The notes: generated by a model not told the origin, from the letters alone. Numbered from the stretch's first letter, positions 10,341 to 21,410 are shown. The stretch: 64,000 nucleotides of DNA from Blautia celeris (GCF_014287615.1 NZ_JACOOU010000010.1:17901-81900), one strand, 5' to 3'. A program made the numbers and translations.

Positions 10341-11525
10341 CTAGTCACTGCAGGTATATCTGTAAACCTCCATATCCTCGCAGTCATCCTCCAGACGGTA
10401 ATCAATCTTGGAAAAGCCCAGCTTGCGCGCCAGCTTTTTGGAAGCCAGATTGGCACTGCGTATTCTGCAGTACAGATACACAGCCCCTCTTTTCTTTGCC
10501 TCCTCCAGGATGCCGCGGCAGGCTTCATAGGCAAAACCTTTTCTTCTGTGTTTTTCATCGATCAGATATCCCAGCTCTACCACAGAGCTGTTGTGGTTCC
10601 AGATTTTCGGCTCTACACCGGCGCGGCCCACGATGGTGCCGCTCTCCTTCTCCTCCAGAACCCAGTATCCCATATCACACATTTCGTACATGTACTTGCG
10701 GTATGAAGGAAATGCCTCCAGTTCCTCCTCCAGGCTCTTTTCCACGCCCTCCGCAGTGTCGGGTGTGCCCTGGCTTGTGATCTCCATCATTTTGGGGATA
10801 TCCCGCTCAGACATTTCCCGGATGCGCAGTCTTTCTGTCTCACAGACCACTGCGGGAAGATGTCTGCCATGACAGTACACTTTCTCCAAAAAAGCTGTGT
10901 CAATCTCTTCATATCCCTCTATGACCATATCTGCAGAACTGAGATCCTGTTTTCCGGAATCAGGATTGAAGTAGGCAATACAGACGATGCCCGCTGCCTT
11001 TGCAGCCCTGCATCCGTTGGCGGAATCCTCCAGTATGAGACACTCCTCCGGATCCAGTCCCATCTGCTTTGCCGTCTCCAGAAATACATCCGGCGCCGGT
11101 TTTGGGTTCTTCACCTGCTCCCCGCTCACCAGAATGTCAAAATAGCTGTCGATTCCCAGGGTTGTCACCACCTGCCGGATGTAGGAAAGGGGAGAGGAGG
11201 ACGCGATCGCCAGGCAGTATCCACCGTCTTTTAAGCGCTTCAGAAGCTGGGGTACCCCCTCGATCATGGGGAATCCTTCCTCTTTTATGACCTGTTCCTT
11301 TATCTGTTTCATGGTCTTTACCAGTTCCTCGTCATCCCTGGAAATCCCGTAGTTGTCGTGCAGTATATCCATTAAAAAACCATTGGTGGAACCGATACAT
11401 GGTTTGTAAATTTCGTAATCCAGTTCAATCCCCCGCGCTGCAAGCGTCTGTTTCCAGACTCTGTAGTGGACCGGCTCACTGTTTATAAGCACGCCGTCCA
11501 TATCGAAAATAATTCCTTTTAACAT
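10341..11525 (-). CDS. HAD-superfamily hydrolase (beta-phosphoglucomutase-like) fused to a C-terminal GNAT acetyltransferase
   Basis: The N-terminus has FDMDGVL (HAD motif I) and later HAD motifs. Residues from about 230 onward have GNAT motifs (RRKGFAYEACRGILEEAKKRGA). Confidence 0.8.
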   Translation of the reverse strand: MLKGIIFDMDGVLINSEPVHYRVWKQTLAARGIELDYEIYKPCIGSTNGFLMDILHDNYGISRDDEELVKTMKQIKEQVIKEEGFPMIEGVPQLLKRLKDGGYCLAIASSSPLSYIRQVVTTLGIDSYFDILVSGEQVKNPKPAPDVFLETAKQMGLDPEECLILEDSANGCRAAKAAGIVCIAYFNPDSGKQDLSSADMVIEGYEEIDTAFLEKVYCHGRHLPAVVCETERLRIREMSERDIPKMMEITSQGTPDTAEGVEKSLEEELEAFPSYRKYMYEMCDMGYWVLEEKESGTIVGRAGVEPKIWNHNSSVVELGYLIDEKHRRKGFAYEACRGILEEAKKRGAVYLYCRIRSANLASKKLARKLGFSKIDYRLEDDCEDMEVYRYTCSD

Positions 11526-11589
11526 ACTATCTCCCTTTTAACGGAACTTTACCCTGTATTCAGAATCTCTGCGGCAAAGCGCTGTAACG

Positions 11590-11632
11590 AAAAACAGGGA
11601 GTGCCGCTGTCAAAGCGACACTCCCTCGTATC
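11590..11632 (-). terminator. rho-independent terminator after engB
   Basis: GGGAGTG ... CACTCCC hairpin, followed on the minus strand by TGTTTTT. Confidence 0.55.
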
Positions 11633-11643
11633 TCTACACGGTT

Positions 11644-12237
11644 CTACGCCGGCTCAAACAGCAAACTTTCCGCCAGCTCCCAGATCTCCTCCCTGCCCTG
11701 TTTTGTCTCGGCAGAAAAAGGGATCACGGCAGTACCCGGACGCAGCGCAAGCCCTTCTTTCAGGGCTTTCACATGCTTGGGCACCTGGCTTCTCTTTAAT
11801 TTGTCCACTTTTGTTGCTATGATAATCGGCTCATATCCGTTGTGCACAATCCAGTCATACATGGTTTTATCATTTGCAGATGGGTCATGGCGGATATCAA
11901 TGAGAAGAAACACTGCTCGTAACTCTTTGGTATTCTGCAGATATCTCTCGATCAGCTTTCCCCATTGTTCCTTTACTGCCTGGGCCACCTTTGCATATCC
12001 GTAACCCGGCAGGTCCACCAGGTACAGCGCATCGTTCACATTATAAAAATTTATAGTCTGTGTCTTTCCGGGGGATGCGCTGGTCCTTGCCAGGGATTTC
12101 CTGTTCATAAGCGCATTGATCAGGGATGATTTCCCCACGTTGGATTTCCCCGCAAATGCGATGTGCGGCAGCTCCGTTTTTGGAAGCGTGCTGGTGACAC
12201 CGCAGACAATATCCAGTGATACATTCTTAATTACCAT
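11644..12237 (-). CDS. engB: ribosome biogenesis GTP-binding protein YsxC/EngB
   Basis: G1 motif GKSNVGKSS and G3 DLPGYG. Sits immediately downstream of lon, as in Bacillus. Confidence 0.9.
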   Translation of the reverse strand: MVIKNVSLDIVCGVTSTLPKTELPHIAFAGKSNVGKSSLINALMNRKSLARTSASPGKTQTINFYNVNDALYLVDLPGYGYAKVAQAVKEQWGKLIERYLQNTKELRAVFLLIDIRHDPSANDKTMYDWIVHNGYEPIIIATKVDKLKRSQVPKHVKALKEGLALRPGTAVIPFSAETKQGREEIWELAESLLFEPA

Positions 12238-12259
12238 CTTTCATCCTCCGAATATGGTT

Positions 12260-14575
12260 TCAGACAAAAGCCTGCGCCAGCACCTCTTCCATTGTGCTGA
12301 CGAATAGGATTAAAAGGCCGTCTGTGATCTCTTGTTCCATTTCTTCAATATCCGGTCTGTTCTCCGCCGGGACCAGTACGGTCTCAATGCCTGCGCTCTT
12401 GGCTGCCAGAAGTTTTTCCTTCAGGCCGCCGATGGGCAGGACCCTGCCCCGGAGGGTAATCTCACCGGTCATGGCAAGATTGGCCTTCACCGGAGTTCCC
12501 GTCACTGCGGAGAGCATGGCTGTGGCCATGGTGATTCCCGCAGAGGGGCCGTCCTTCGGAACAGCACCTTCAGGAATGTGGATATGTAAATCGTGTTCCT
12601 GGAAAAATTCAGGTTTTATATTATACTTATCAGCAATGGAACGGATGTAGCTTACACCGGTCTGGGCCGACTCTTTCATCACATCTCCGAGCTGCCCTGT
12701 CAGCATGAACTCGCCTTTTCCGGGCATGAGGTTTACCTCGATCTGCAGGGTATCACCTCCCACACTGGTCCAGGCCAGCCCTCGGACGATTCCGATCTCA
12801 TCAAAGCTGTTCTTTTTCTGGTAGGTGTATTTCGCCCTGCCTAAGAACTCCTCCAGATTCTCCGGATTCACCGTCACGGATTCCTGCTTATCCTCCAGGA
12901 TCTTTCGCGCCGTCTTCCGGCAGATCTCACCGATCTTCCGCTCCAGCTCCCTGACTCCGGCTTCCTTTGTGTAGCCGGTGATCATTTCCCGCAGAGCCTC
13001 ATCATCCAGGATGAGCTGTCCCTCTTTCAGTCCATGGATCTTCATCTGCTTGGGAACCAGATGTTCCCTGCCGATGTGCCATTTTTCATTTTCCGTATAG
13101 CTGCTCACCTCAATGATCTCCATACGGTCCAGAAGGGGCCTTGGTATGGTCTGCAGGTCGTTGGCCGTGGCAATGAACAGTACCTCAGACAGATCCAGGG
13201 GAATCTCCACATAGTGGTCCCTGAACTTGTTGTTCTGCTCAGAATCCAGCACTTCCAGAAGTGCGGAGGAGGTGTCACCTTTATAGTCACTGCTCACTTT
13301 GTCAATCTCATCCAAAAGCATCAGGGGATTCTTGACACCTGCCTGTATCAGTCCATTGGCAATTCTGCCCGGCATGGCGCCGATATAAGTTCTTCTGTGG
13401 CCCCGGATCTCCGCTTCATCCCGGACACCGCCCAGGCAGATGCGAACATACTCCTTGTGAAGCGCCCGTGCCACGGATTTGGCAATGGATGTCTTTCCTG
13501 TTCCGGGAGGGCCGACCAGACAGAGAATGGGGCTCTCACCTTTTTTAGTGAGTGTGCGCACTGCCAGAAATTCCATGATGCGCTCTTTCACCTTGTGCAG
13601 GCCGTAGTGATCTGTTTCCAGAACCTTGTTGGCCTCCTTCAGGTTTTTATTGTCCCTGGTCAGCTTGTCCCAGGGCAGGGAGAGAAGCGTCTCGATATAA
13701 CTGCGCATTACACTGGACTCTGCCTGGCTGCCGGCAGTGTTTTTAAAACGCTCCACCTCTTTTAATATCTTCTCTTTTACTTCCCGGGAAGCCTTCAGTT
13801 TTTTTACATCCTCGCGGAACTGGTCCGCCTCGGAGCGGGTATCATCTTCCCCCAGCTCTTCCCGTATCAGTTTGAGCTGTTCCCTTAAGATGTATTCCCT
13901 CTGGTTTTTATCCACCCGTTCTTTTACTTTGCTCTGCAGCTCCGCGCTGATTTCCAGGACTTCTATCTCATTGGTGAGAATAATGCCCAGCTCCTCATAG
14001 CGCGCCTCCAGGGATACCGCTTCCAGAACACTCTGCCTGTCCTCATACTTCATGGGGAGATGGATGGATATCTGGTCAATGACTTTGCTCACATCGTCAA
14101 GCTCCAGGATCTGTCCTGCCAGTTCTTTGCTCATCTTGGGATTTACACTGCAGTATTTTACAAAGATCTCCTTAATCCCCCGGAGCATGGCTTCCTCCAC
14201 ACTCTCATCCACCTGCCTCAGCTCCTCCTCATCGAATGTGGCTGCCTCGGCGTTCAGATAGTATTCACTTTCCGTAAAACGGATCAGCTCTGCCCGCTCC
14301 ATTCCCTCTACCAGGACACGGACAATATTCTTCGGCAGCTTTACAAGCTGCTTGATCTCCGCAACGGTTCCTATTTTATATAAATCCTCCTGTCCCGGGT
14401 CCTCCACTGCAGGGTCTTTCTGAGTGATCAGAAGCACCCTCTGGTCCTGCATCATGGCCTTCTCAATGGCCTGGATGGATTTTTCCCTGCTCACGTCAAA
14501 GTGGACGATCATGTCAGGAAGGATCGTTGTACCTCTAAGGGCGATGGCTGGCAGATTATAGATTATGTCACTCAT
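12260..14575 (-). CDS. lon: ATP-dependent Lon protease
   Basis: 771 aa with an N-terminal LON domain, an AAA+ domain (GPPGTGKTS) and the S16 protease domain with the catalytic serine (PKDGPSAG). Confidence 0.95.
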   Translation of the reverse strand: MSDIIYNLPAIALRGTTILPDMIVHFDVSREKSIQAIEKAMMQDQRVLLITQKDPAVEDPGQEDLYKIGTVAEIKQLVKLPKNIVRVLVEGMERAELIRFTESEYYLNAEAATFDEEELRQVDESVEEAMLRGIKEIFVKYCSVNPKMSKELAGQILELDDVSKVIDQISIHLPMKYEDRQSVLEAVSLEARYEELGIILTNEIEVLEISAELQSKVKERVDKNQREYILREQLKLIREELGEDDTRSEADQFREDVKKLKASREVKEKILKEVERFKNTAGSQAESSVMRSYIETLLSLPWDKLTRDNKNLKEANKVLETDHYGLHKVKERIMEFLAVRTLTKKGESPILCLVGPPGTGKTSIAKSVARALHKEYVRICLGGVRDEAEIRGHRRTYIGAMPGRIANGLIQAGVKNPLMLLDEIDKVSSDYKGDTSSALLEVLDSEQNNKFRDHYVEIPLDLSEVLFIATANDLQTIPRPLLDRMEIIEVSSYTENEKWHIGREHLVPKQMKIHGLKEGQLILDDEALREMITGYTKEAGVRELERKIGEICRKTARKILEDKQESVTVNPENLEEFLGRAKYTYQKKNSFDEIGIVRGLAWTSVGGDTLQIEVNLMPGKGEFMLTGQLGDVMKESAQTGVSYIRSIADKYNIKPEFFQEHDLHIHIPEGAVPKDGPSAGITMATAMLSAVTGTPVKANLAMTGEITLRGRVLPIGGLKEKLLAAKSAGIETVLVPAENRPDIEEMEQEITDGLLILFVSTMEEVLAQAFV

Positions 14576-14604
14576 TCCCGCGCCTCCTTAATCGTTATGC
14601 ATAA

Positions 14605-15900
14605 TTATGCAGTTTCTGGTGTTCCCCTCTTGCGTCCGCCCTTGTTTCTCCTTGTGGGCGGCTGCATTTCCCCATGTTCAATTAAGGCCTGGCCCTTACC
14701 TTCTACCAAATCTTTTGTTATCTTGCAGGAGCGTATGGTCTCATCAGAGGGCGCTGTATACATAAGGTCCATCATGGTATTTTCCATAATGGCGCGCAGT
14801 CCCCTGGCTCCTGTCTTTCTGTCCATGGACTTCTTGGCAATGGCCACCAGGGCATCATCGTCAAAGTCCAGATCCACGCCGTCAAGCTCAAAAAGCCTCT
14901 TGTACTGTCTGATCAGAGAGTTTCTTGGCTCCTTCAGGATCTTCACCAGTGCCTCCTCATCCAGGGCATCCAGGGATACCACTACAGGAACACGGCCCAC
15001 AAACTCGGGTATCATGCCGAATTTTACCAGGTCCTGAGGCATTACCTCTTTCAGGATCTCTCCCACATTTCTGTCTTTTTTATCTGTCACAACAGCATTG
15101 AAACCGATGGCTTTTGTATCTTTTCTGTTTTCAATGATCTTATTGAGTCCCTCAAACGCACCGCCGCAGATAAAGAGAATATTGGTGGTATCGATCTGCA
15201 GAAATTCCTGGTGCGGATGCTTTCTTCCTCCCTGAGGCGGAACGCTGGCAACTGTGCCCTCCAGGATCTTAAGAAGCGCCTGCTGGACACCCTCACCGGA
15301 TACATCTCTTGTGATGGACGCATTCTCCGACTTTCTTGTTATCTTGTCAATCTCATCAATGTAAATAATGCCGTACTGCGCACGGTCAATATCATAATCA
15401 GCCGCCTGAATGATCTTCAGCAGAATATTCTCCACATCCTCGCCTACATATCCGGCCTCCGTGAGGGTTGTGGCGTCTGCAATGGCAAAAGGTACATTCA
15501 AAAGTCTGGCAAGTGTCTGTGCCAGCAGTGTCTTACCGGAACCGGTAGGTCCCAGCATAAGGATATTACTCTTCTGAAGTTCAATGTCGGAATCTTTTCC
15601 CGCCATAACGCGCTTATAGTGATTGTAAACGGCTACAGACAGCACCTTTTTCGCCTCATCCTGCCCGATCACATAATCATCCAAAAATGTCTTGATCTCC
15701 TGTGGTTTCAGCAGATTGATCTCCCCGCCGCCATCTTCCGTGTACCCTGTACTGTCCTCATCTATGATCTCCGCACAGATTTCCACGCATTCATCACAGA
15801 TGTAAGTACCGCTGGGGCCTGCAATCAGTTTCCGTACCTGTTCTTCTGTCTTTCCGCAGAAAGAGCAGCGGATTTTTGGCTCGTTTCCTTTTATCGCCAT
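14605..15900 (-). CDS. clpX: ATP-dependent Clp protease ATP-binding subunit ClpX
   Basis: N-terminal C4 zinc finger (CSFCGK...CDEC) and an AAA+ domain (GPTGSGKT). Confidence 0.95.
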   Translation of the reverse strand: MAIKGNEPKIRCSFCGKTEEQVRKLIAGPSGTYICDECVEICAEIIDEDSTGYTEDGGGEINLLKPQEIKTFLDDYVIGQDEAKKVLSVAVYNHYKRVMAGKDSDIELQKSNILMLGPTGSGKTLLAQTLARLLNVPFAIADATTLTEAGYVGEDVENILLKIIQAADYDIDRAQYGIIYIDEIDKITRKSENASITRDVSGEGVQQALLKILEGTVASVPPQGGRKHPHQEFLQIDTTNILFICGGAFEGLNKIIENRKDTKAIGFNAVVTDKKDRNVGEILKEVMPQDLVKFGMIPEFVGRVPVVVSLDALDEEALVKILKEPRNSLIRQYKRLFELDGVDLDFDDDALVAIAKKSMDRKTGARGLRAIMENTMMDLMYTAPSDETIRSCKITKDLVEGKGQALIEHGEMQPPTRRNKGGRKRGTPETA

Positions 15901-15980
15901 TCTTCTATTCCTTTCTTGATTTCCGTATTAATGCCGAAAGACCCCCGCAGCTAACACCGCAGGAGTCTTATCATTCGTTC

Positions 15981-16562
15981 TTACCTGTGCTCGATCACAC
16001 TGTCAATCAGACCATAAGCCTTTGCCTCTTCTGCGGACATATAATAATCTCTTTCCGTATCTCTGGCAATGACTTCAAAAGGCTGACCTGTGTTGGCGGC
16101 CAGAGTCTCATTCAGTTTCTTCTTGGTCTTCAAAATCATGTCGGCAACAATCTGAATTTCCGTAGCCTGTCCCTTCGCGCCGCCGGACGGCTGGTGAATC
16201 ATGATCTCCGCGTTTGGAAGCGCGAATCTCTTTCCTTTTGTACCGCCTGCCAGCAGGAATGCACCCATGCTCGCAGCCATACCAATGCAGATTGTGGACA
16301 CATCACATTTAATGTAATGCATGGTATCATAGATAGCCCATCCTGCTGTCACAGAACCGCCCGGACTGTTGATATACAGATGAATGTCCTTTCCCGGGTC
16401 CTCTGATTCCAGGAACAAAAGCTGTGCCACAGTCAGGCTTGCTGTTGTGTCATTCACTTCTTCTCCCAGAAATATGATTCTATCTTTTAACAGCCTGGAG
16501 TAGATGTCATAACTCCTCTCTCCTCTGCTGTTCTGTTCGATGACGTATGGTACTAAACTCAT
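15981..16562 (-). CDS. clpP: ATP-dependent Clp protease proteolytic subunit
   Basis: 193 aa with GMAASMGA (catalytic Ser) and canonical ClpP sequence throughout. Confidence 0.95.
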   Translation of the reverse strand: MSLVPYVIEQNSRGERSYDIYSRLLKDRIIFLGEEVNDTTASLTVAQLLFLESEDPGKDIHLYINSPGGSVTAGWAIYDTMHYIKCDVSTICIGMAASMGAFLLAGGTKGKRFALPNAEIMIHQPSGGAKGQATEIQIVADMILKTKKKLNETLAANTGQPFEVIARDTERDYYMSAEEAKAYGLIDSVIEHR

Positions 16563-16613
16563 GAAACTCCTCCTATTCTGTCACGCGGGCGTAAGAAACG
16601 AACTTTCTGTTCG

Positions 16614-17924
16614 TTATTCCTCTGTCTTCTCCACTACCTCTGTCACTTTTGCAGCGTCAGCTACTAAGGTAACAGCTTCCTGAACAGCGATGTCTTTCTT
16701 CATCTGCTCTTTCTCGTAGTCGCCCATTAATTCTTTTAATTTGTCGGCTTCCATCTTGTACATTTCAGCCATTTTTGCGATTTCTTCATCTACTTTTTCA
16801 TCAGTAACCTGGATGTTCTCAACCTCTGCAACCTTCTCCAGTACCAGACGGCTCTGGATTCTCTTCAGGGCCTGCGGTCTCATCTGCTCCTGGATCTTGG
16901 CATTGTCAAGACCTGTGAACTGATAATACTGGTCAATGGATAAGCCCTGGGACTGCAGTCTTCTTACGAAGTCATCCACTAACTGGCGGATCTGGTTCTG
17001 GATCATTGCTTCCGGAATATCCATCTGCGCGTTCTCAATGATCGCGTCAACTACTTTATCTTCTTTTTCACGTTTTGCAACGTCTTCTTTGCGCTCTTTC
17101 AGTTTCTGCGCAATGTCTTTCTTGTATTCTTCCAGAGTATCAAACTCAGAGACATCTTTTGCAAATTCATCATCCAGTTCAGGAAGTTCTTTCACTTTGA
17201 TGGCTTTTACATTGCATTTGAATACTGCTGCTTTTCCGGCCAGGTCATTTGCGTGATAATCTTCCGGGAATGTCACATTGACATCTTTTTCTTCGCCGAT
17301 CACAGCGCCTACCAGCTGCTCTTCAAATCCGGGGATGAAAGAGTTGGAACCAATGGTCAGAGGATAATCTGTGCCTTTTCCGCCTTCAAATGCCTCTCCG
17401 TCTACGAATCCCTCGAAGTCAAGCGTGATCATATCGCCGTTTTCCACTGCTCTGTCGTCCACGTCGATGGTTCTGGAGTTGTTCTCCTGCTCTTTCTTCA
17501 GCTCGCCTGCGATCTCTTCTTCTGTCACTTCCGCTTTTGTAACCTCAACCTCTACTCCTTTGTAATCACCCAGAGTCACTTCCGGTTTTACAGCTACTTC
17601 TGCTGTGAAGATAAACGGTTTGCCTTTTTCGATCTGTACCACATCGATCTCCGGCTGGGAAACGATCTCCAGACCGCACTCATCTGCTGCTTTAGGGTAC
17701 TCAGACTGGATCAGGGCATTTGCTGCATCTTCATAGAAGATACCTGCTCCATACATTTTTTCAATCATTACACGCGGAGCTTTTCCTTTACGGAATCCCG
17801 GGATAGTGATTTTATTTTTGTTTTTCTGGTAAGCAGCCTGTACTGCTTTTTCAAAATCTTCAGCGGAAGCCTCAATAGTAAGCTTCGCCATGTTCTTCTC
17901 TAAGTTTTCTACCTGTACGCTCAT
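16614..17924 (-). CDS. tig: trigger factor
   Basis: 436-aa acidic protein with an N-terminal ribosome-binding domain, an FKBP-type PPIase domain (GFRKGKAPR) and a C-terminal domain. Sits in the tig-clpP-clpX synteny. Confidence 0.93.
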   Translation of the reverse strand: MSVQVENLEKNMAKLTIEASAEDFEKAVQAAYQKNKNKITIPGFRKGKAPRVMIEKMYGAGIFYEDAANALIQSEYPKAADECGLEIVSQPEIDVVQIEKGKPFIFTAEVAVKPEVTLGDYKGVEVEVTKAEVTEEEIAGELKKEQENNSRTIDVDDRAVENGDMITLDFEGFVDGEAFEGGKGTDYPLTIGSNSFIPGFEEQLVGAVIGEEKDVNVTFPEDYHANDLAGKAAVFKCNVKAIKVKELPELDDEFAKDVSEFDTLEEYKKDIAQKLKERKEDVAKREKEDKVVDAIIENAQMDIPEAMIQNQIRQLVDDFVRRLQSQGLSIDQYYQFTGLDNAKIQEQMRPQALKRIQSRLVLEKVAEVENIQVTDEKVDEEIAKMAEMYKMEADKLKELMGDYEKEQMKKDIAVQEAVTLVADAAKVTEVVEKTEE

Positions 17925-18064
17925 TTTAAATGATTCCTCCTTGAATTCTATATGTATTCATGCATTTTGAGTATTCATGCATTCCTGCCCAAAACGGACA
18001 CTTTATCATACTTACAGTCATTATCACAGTATAGCACAAGGAATTTAAAAATACCAGCATTTTT

Positions 18065-18610
18065 TTATGAAACAATGGATTTTTTGATCTGGCGGGCCTT
18101 CACTTCTCCCTCAAGCTGTGAAATCAGCTCCAGCGCAAAGGGGATAGCTGTTCCCAGGCCTCTGCTGGTGGTGATATTTCCGTCTTTTACCACCGGATCG
18201 GTAAAGACCAGCGCGCCTTCCAGCTTCTCCTCAAATCCCGGATAGCAGGCCGCCTTCTTCTCCCTTAAAATCCCGAGACCGCCCAGGACACTGGGTGCTG
18301 CGCAGATTGCCGCCACTTTCCGGTCTGATGCGGCAAATTCTTTCAGCAGGTCCGCAAGTCCCTGATGCGCTCCCAGATGTTTGGTTCCCGGCATGCCTCC
18401 GGGCAGCACCAGCAGGTCCACTGTGCTGTAGTCCACATCCTCAAAAAAAACATCTGCTTTTATCTCAATTCCATGGGAACCGGTCACACTCAGATTGTCG
18501 GAGATGGATACCATGAGCACTTCCTCGCCGGCTCTCCTTAAAAGGTCCACCACAGTCAGACCTTCCACTTCCTCAAAACCATCTGCGGTAAATACACAAA
18601 CTTTTGCCAT
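18065..18610 (-). CDS. DJ-1/PfpI (ThiJ) family protein
   Basis: 181 aa with AAICAAP (nucleophile-elbow Cys) and VLPGG motifs. Confidence 0.85.
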   Translation of the reverse strand: MAKVCVFTADGFEEVEGLTVVDLLRRAGEEVLMVSISDNLSVTGSHGIEIKADVFFEDVDYSTVDLLVLPGGMPGTKHLGAHQGLADLLKEFAASDRKVAAICAAPSVLGGLGILREKKAACYPGFEEKLEGALVFTDPVVKDGNITTSRGLGTAIPFALELISQLEGEVKARQIKKSIVS

Positions 18611-18767
18611 ATGAGTACCTCCCTATTATAAATTCAAAACACGTATAAAATCCTGCCTACCCGTTTATTATACCATAGGATCACATGTTAATTCTAAAAC
18701 TTCCGTTTCTTTTTTATAAAAAATATGATATACCTGTTTATATAGAAAAAAGGAGGTCCTCACAGAA

Positions 18768-19226
18768 ATGGAAATCGAAAGAAAATTCCTTATTAAAGAG
18801 CTGCCCGCTGATTTGAAGAACTATCCCTGTCACGTGATCGAGCAGGCATATCTGAACACCAACCCGGTTGTCCGCATACGCAGACAGGACGCCACCTATA
18901 TCCTCACCTATAAGGGAGAGGGCCATATGGTGCGGGAGGAGTATAACCTGCCGCTGAATGAGACGTCCTATTATCATCTGAAGGAAAAGGCGGACGGCAT
19001 CGTTCTGTCCAAGATCAGATATCTGCTGCCCCTTGAGGGAGAACTCACCATTGAGCTGGATGTCTTTCAGGCACCTTATGAGGGTCTTTTTCTGGCAGAG
19101 GTGGAATTCCCGGACGTGGAGTCAGCCAATTCCTTCACACCACCGGACTGGTTTGGGGAAGATGTCACATTCTCATCACAATACCATAACAGCACCCTCT
19201 CAACAGGAACGGACAGGCCGCAGTGA
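18768..19226 (+). CDS. CYTH domain protein (triphosphate tunnel metalloenzyme)
   Basis: N-terminal EIERKFL (ExExK) motif and a beta-barrel length of about 150 aa. Confidence 0.78.
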   Translation: MEIERKFLIKELPADLKNYPCHVIEQAYLNTNPVVRIRRQDATYILTYKGEGHMVREEYNLPLNETSYYHLKEKADGIVLSKIRYLLPLEGELTIELDVFQAPYEGLFLAEVEFPDVESANSFTPPDWFGEDVTFSSQYHNSTLSTGTDRPQ

Positions 19227-19584
19227 TGCCGGCCTGTCCGCTTTTGATTCACTCCTCACCGAGGCTCTTCATGATTCTGTGCCAGGTATCTTCCCGGCGT
19301 TTCTCAATCTCTTCCTCCAGTGCCTCTTCCCCTTTTCTTGTTTTCTCCAGACTCTTAGTATATGCCCTGGGAATCTTGTAAAGCAGTTTTCCCAAAAAAC
19401 GCAGAAACGCATTGCCACTGTCCAGCAGCCATACACTGATTTCAAAAATATGGTCCATAAGCAACCCCTTCTGTCTCGGCCAAGCAGCACACAGGTGCTT
19501 TTTGCCTTTTCTTATATTCTACCAGCAGTTCGCATTTATTGCAATGAGAAATATTGCTAATTCCCGTCAAGACATTGCCCGTTT

Positions 19585-20379
19585 CTACAGTTCTCTGGTC
19601 TTCTTTACACAGGCGCGGATGCAGTCCATCACAGCACTGCGCATGCCCTTTTGCTCCAGAATGCCCACCCCTTCAATAGTGGTACCTGCCGGTGAGCACA
19701 CCATATCCTTGAGCTCGCCCGGATGCATCCCTGTCTCAAGGACCATTTTTGCACTGCCCAGAACGGCCTGTGCCGCAAATTCATAGGCTTTTTTCCTCGG
19801 CATGCCCTCAGCAACAGCGCCGTCAGCCATGGCCTCAATGAACATGAAAACAAAGGCCGGGGAACTTCCGCTGACAGCTCCCACCACATCCAGCATGGGT
19901 TCTGTCACTACCTCTGCCCTTCCGAAGGAGCGGAGCAGCACCAGGGCCTCCTCCAGCTCTTTTTCTTCCACCAGTGCATTCCTGCAGACACCTGTGATTC
20001 CTTCGCCTACCAGAGCCGGTGTATTTGGCATGGTGCGGATGATCTTCCTGTCCCCGCCTATGCGTTCCTCCAGCCAGCTCATGGTCTTGCCGGCAGCGAT
20101 GGAGATGATCACCTGGTCACTGCCAAGCACATCTTTTATCTCCGCAATCACGTCCTCCAGAAACTGCGGCTTTACTGCCAGGAACACCATGTCGGAATGC
20201 TTCGCTGTCTCCCTGTTGTCCGTACTGCAGGCGATGCCCAGTTTTTCTTTTATCTTTGCAGCAGATTCCTCTGACTTTGTGGACGCTGTGATATCTTCCC
20301 TGTCTACGATCTTTTTTTCCAAAATGCCGCCGATAATAGCAGAAGCCATATTGCCGCATCCGATAAATCCAAGTTTCAT
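19585..20379 (-). CDS. proC: pyrroline-5-carboxylate reductase
   Basis: N-terminal Rossmann fold (FIGCGNMASAI) and the conserved ProC C-terminal dimerisation domain. Confidence 0.9.
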   Translation of the reverse strand: MKLGFIGCGNMASAIIGGILEKKIVDREDITASTKSEESAAKIKEKLGIACSTDNRETAKHSDMVFLAVKPQFLEDVIAEIKDVLGSDQVIISIAAGKTMSWLEERIGGDRKIIRTMPNTPALVGEGITGVCRNALVEEKELEEALVLLRSFGRAEVVTEPMLDVVGAVSGSSPAFVFMFIEAMADGAVAEGMPRKKAYEFAAQAVLGSAKMVLETGMHPGELKDMVCSPAGTTIEGVGILEQKGMRSAVMDCIRACVKKTREL

Positions 20380-20548
20380 CTGTAATCCTCCTCGTTTCGT
20401 AACAGCTCAGCCGGAACCATTACCTTGTATTTACTTTTCCTCCCCATTATCCTCCGTTGCCTCTATTTTTTCAAGTGTCATACATATATTTTTTCAATTC
20501 CCAGCATAATTTTAAACATAATGCATGTTAATCCCCGGAGGTCTCCCT

Positions 20549-21034
20549 ATGCAGCAATCTTTTAAAGTCTTTACCGTGATCGGTATCCTGTTCACCATGA
20601 TCCTTGGTTCCCTGTCCCACTTTTTTTACGGATGGTCCGGTGATTTTTTCCTGGTCGGACTGTTCAGCCCGGTAAACGAGAGTGTGTGGGAACATCTCAA
20701 ACTGCTGTTCTTCCCTGCACTTCTCTTTATGCTTACAGAACGGCGCCTGCTCTCCTACCGCTGTCCTGACCTGTTCTGCAAAAACCTGGCAGGTCTGTAT
20801 GCCGGGCTGGCCGCCATGCCCGCGCTCTTTTACGGGTATACGCTGTTCACAAAAAAGAATTACCTGTGGGCTGATATCACGGTATTTATTCTCAGCGTCC
20901 TGACCACCTATCTGCTGGCCTATGCCCTCAGAAAAACGAAGCTATCGGATTCCCTGTGCCGCATCCTTTATGCTGTCCTCTATCTTTTACTGGCTGTCTT
21001 TACGGCTGTCTCCGTCTTCTTTATGATAAAATAA
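20549..21034 (+). CDS. hypothetical integral membrane protein
   Basis: About 5 TM helices. Start moved to MQQSF, which has a GGAGG RBS. No known domain recognised. Confidence 0.55.
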   Translation: MQQSFKVFTVIGILFTMILGSLSHFFYGWSGDFFLVGLFSPVNESVWEHLKLLFFPALLFMLTERRLLSYRCPDLFCKNLAGLYAGLAAMPALFYGYTLFTKKNYLWADITVFILSVLTTYLLAYALRKTKLSDSLCRILYAVLYLLLAVFTAVSVFFMIK

Positions 21035-21133
21035 AATACGGCACAGAGAACTTTCCCGTACCGTAAAAACTCCCCTGTACTTTTTCCCTGTCTTGTATTA
21101 TGATATTGTTATTCTGACAAAGGAGAAAAAGAT

Positions 21134-21394
21134 ATGAGCAATGAAGTATTTTCTGTGTACCACTGCAAATCCTGCAATAAAATAGAAGTGACACAGTACA
21201 TATCTCCACAGCAGATGGAGGAATTCGGCCTGACCGCCGAGGAACTTCTTCCCATCTGTCCGGTCACCGGCAGCTCGGACTTAGAAGAGCTGGGACAGAT
21301 GACAGAAAAGGAACTGCGCCACTTTGCCTACAGTGATGTGGAGGGCGTAAAAGAATATCTGAAAAACAGGGAAATAAAAACTCCCAGGCTCTAA
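21134..21394 (+). CDS. hypothetical small protein
   Basis: 86 aa with a strong RBS (AAAGGAGAAAAAG) and a downstream terminator. No domain recognised. Confidence 0.5.
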   Translation: MSNEVFSVYHCKSCNKIEVTQYISPQQMEEFGLTAEELLPICPVTGSSDLEELGQMTEKELRHFAYSDVEGVKEYLKNREIKTPRL

Positions 21395-21410
21395 GCCCTG
21401 GCCCTGATCC

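Noticed and set aside
16563-16613. CtsR or CIRCE heat-shock operators upstream of clpP or lon
   Set aside because: There is no GGTCAAA direct repeat and no TTAGCACTC-N9-GAGTGCTAA inverted repeat in the short tig-clpP or clpX-lon spacers. These genes appear to be co-transcribed from the tig promoter.
19249-19464. 71-aa minus-strand ORF between the CYTH gene and proC
   Set aside because: It has a TTG start and only a weak AAGGGG RBS, no recognisable domain, and a lysine/glutamate-rich low-complexity composition. It could be a real small protein, but the evidence is insufficient.
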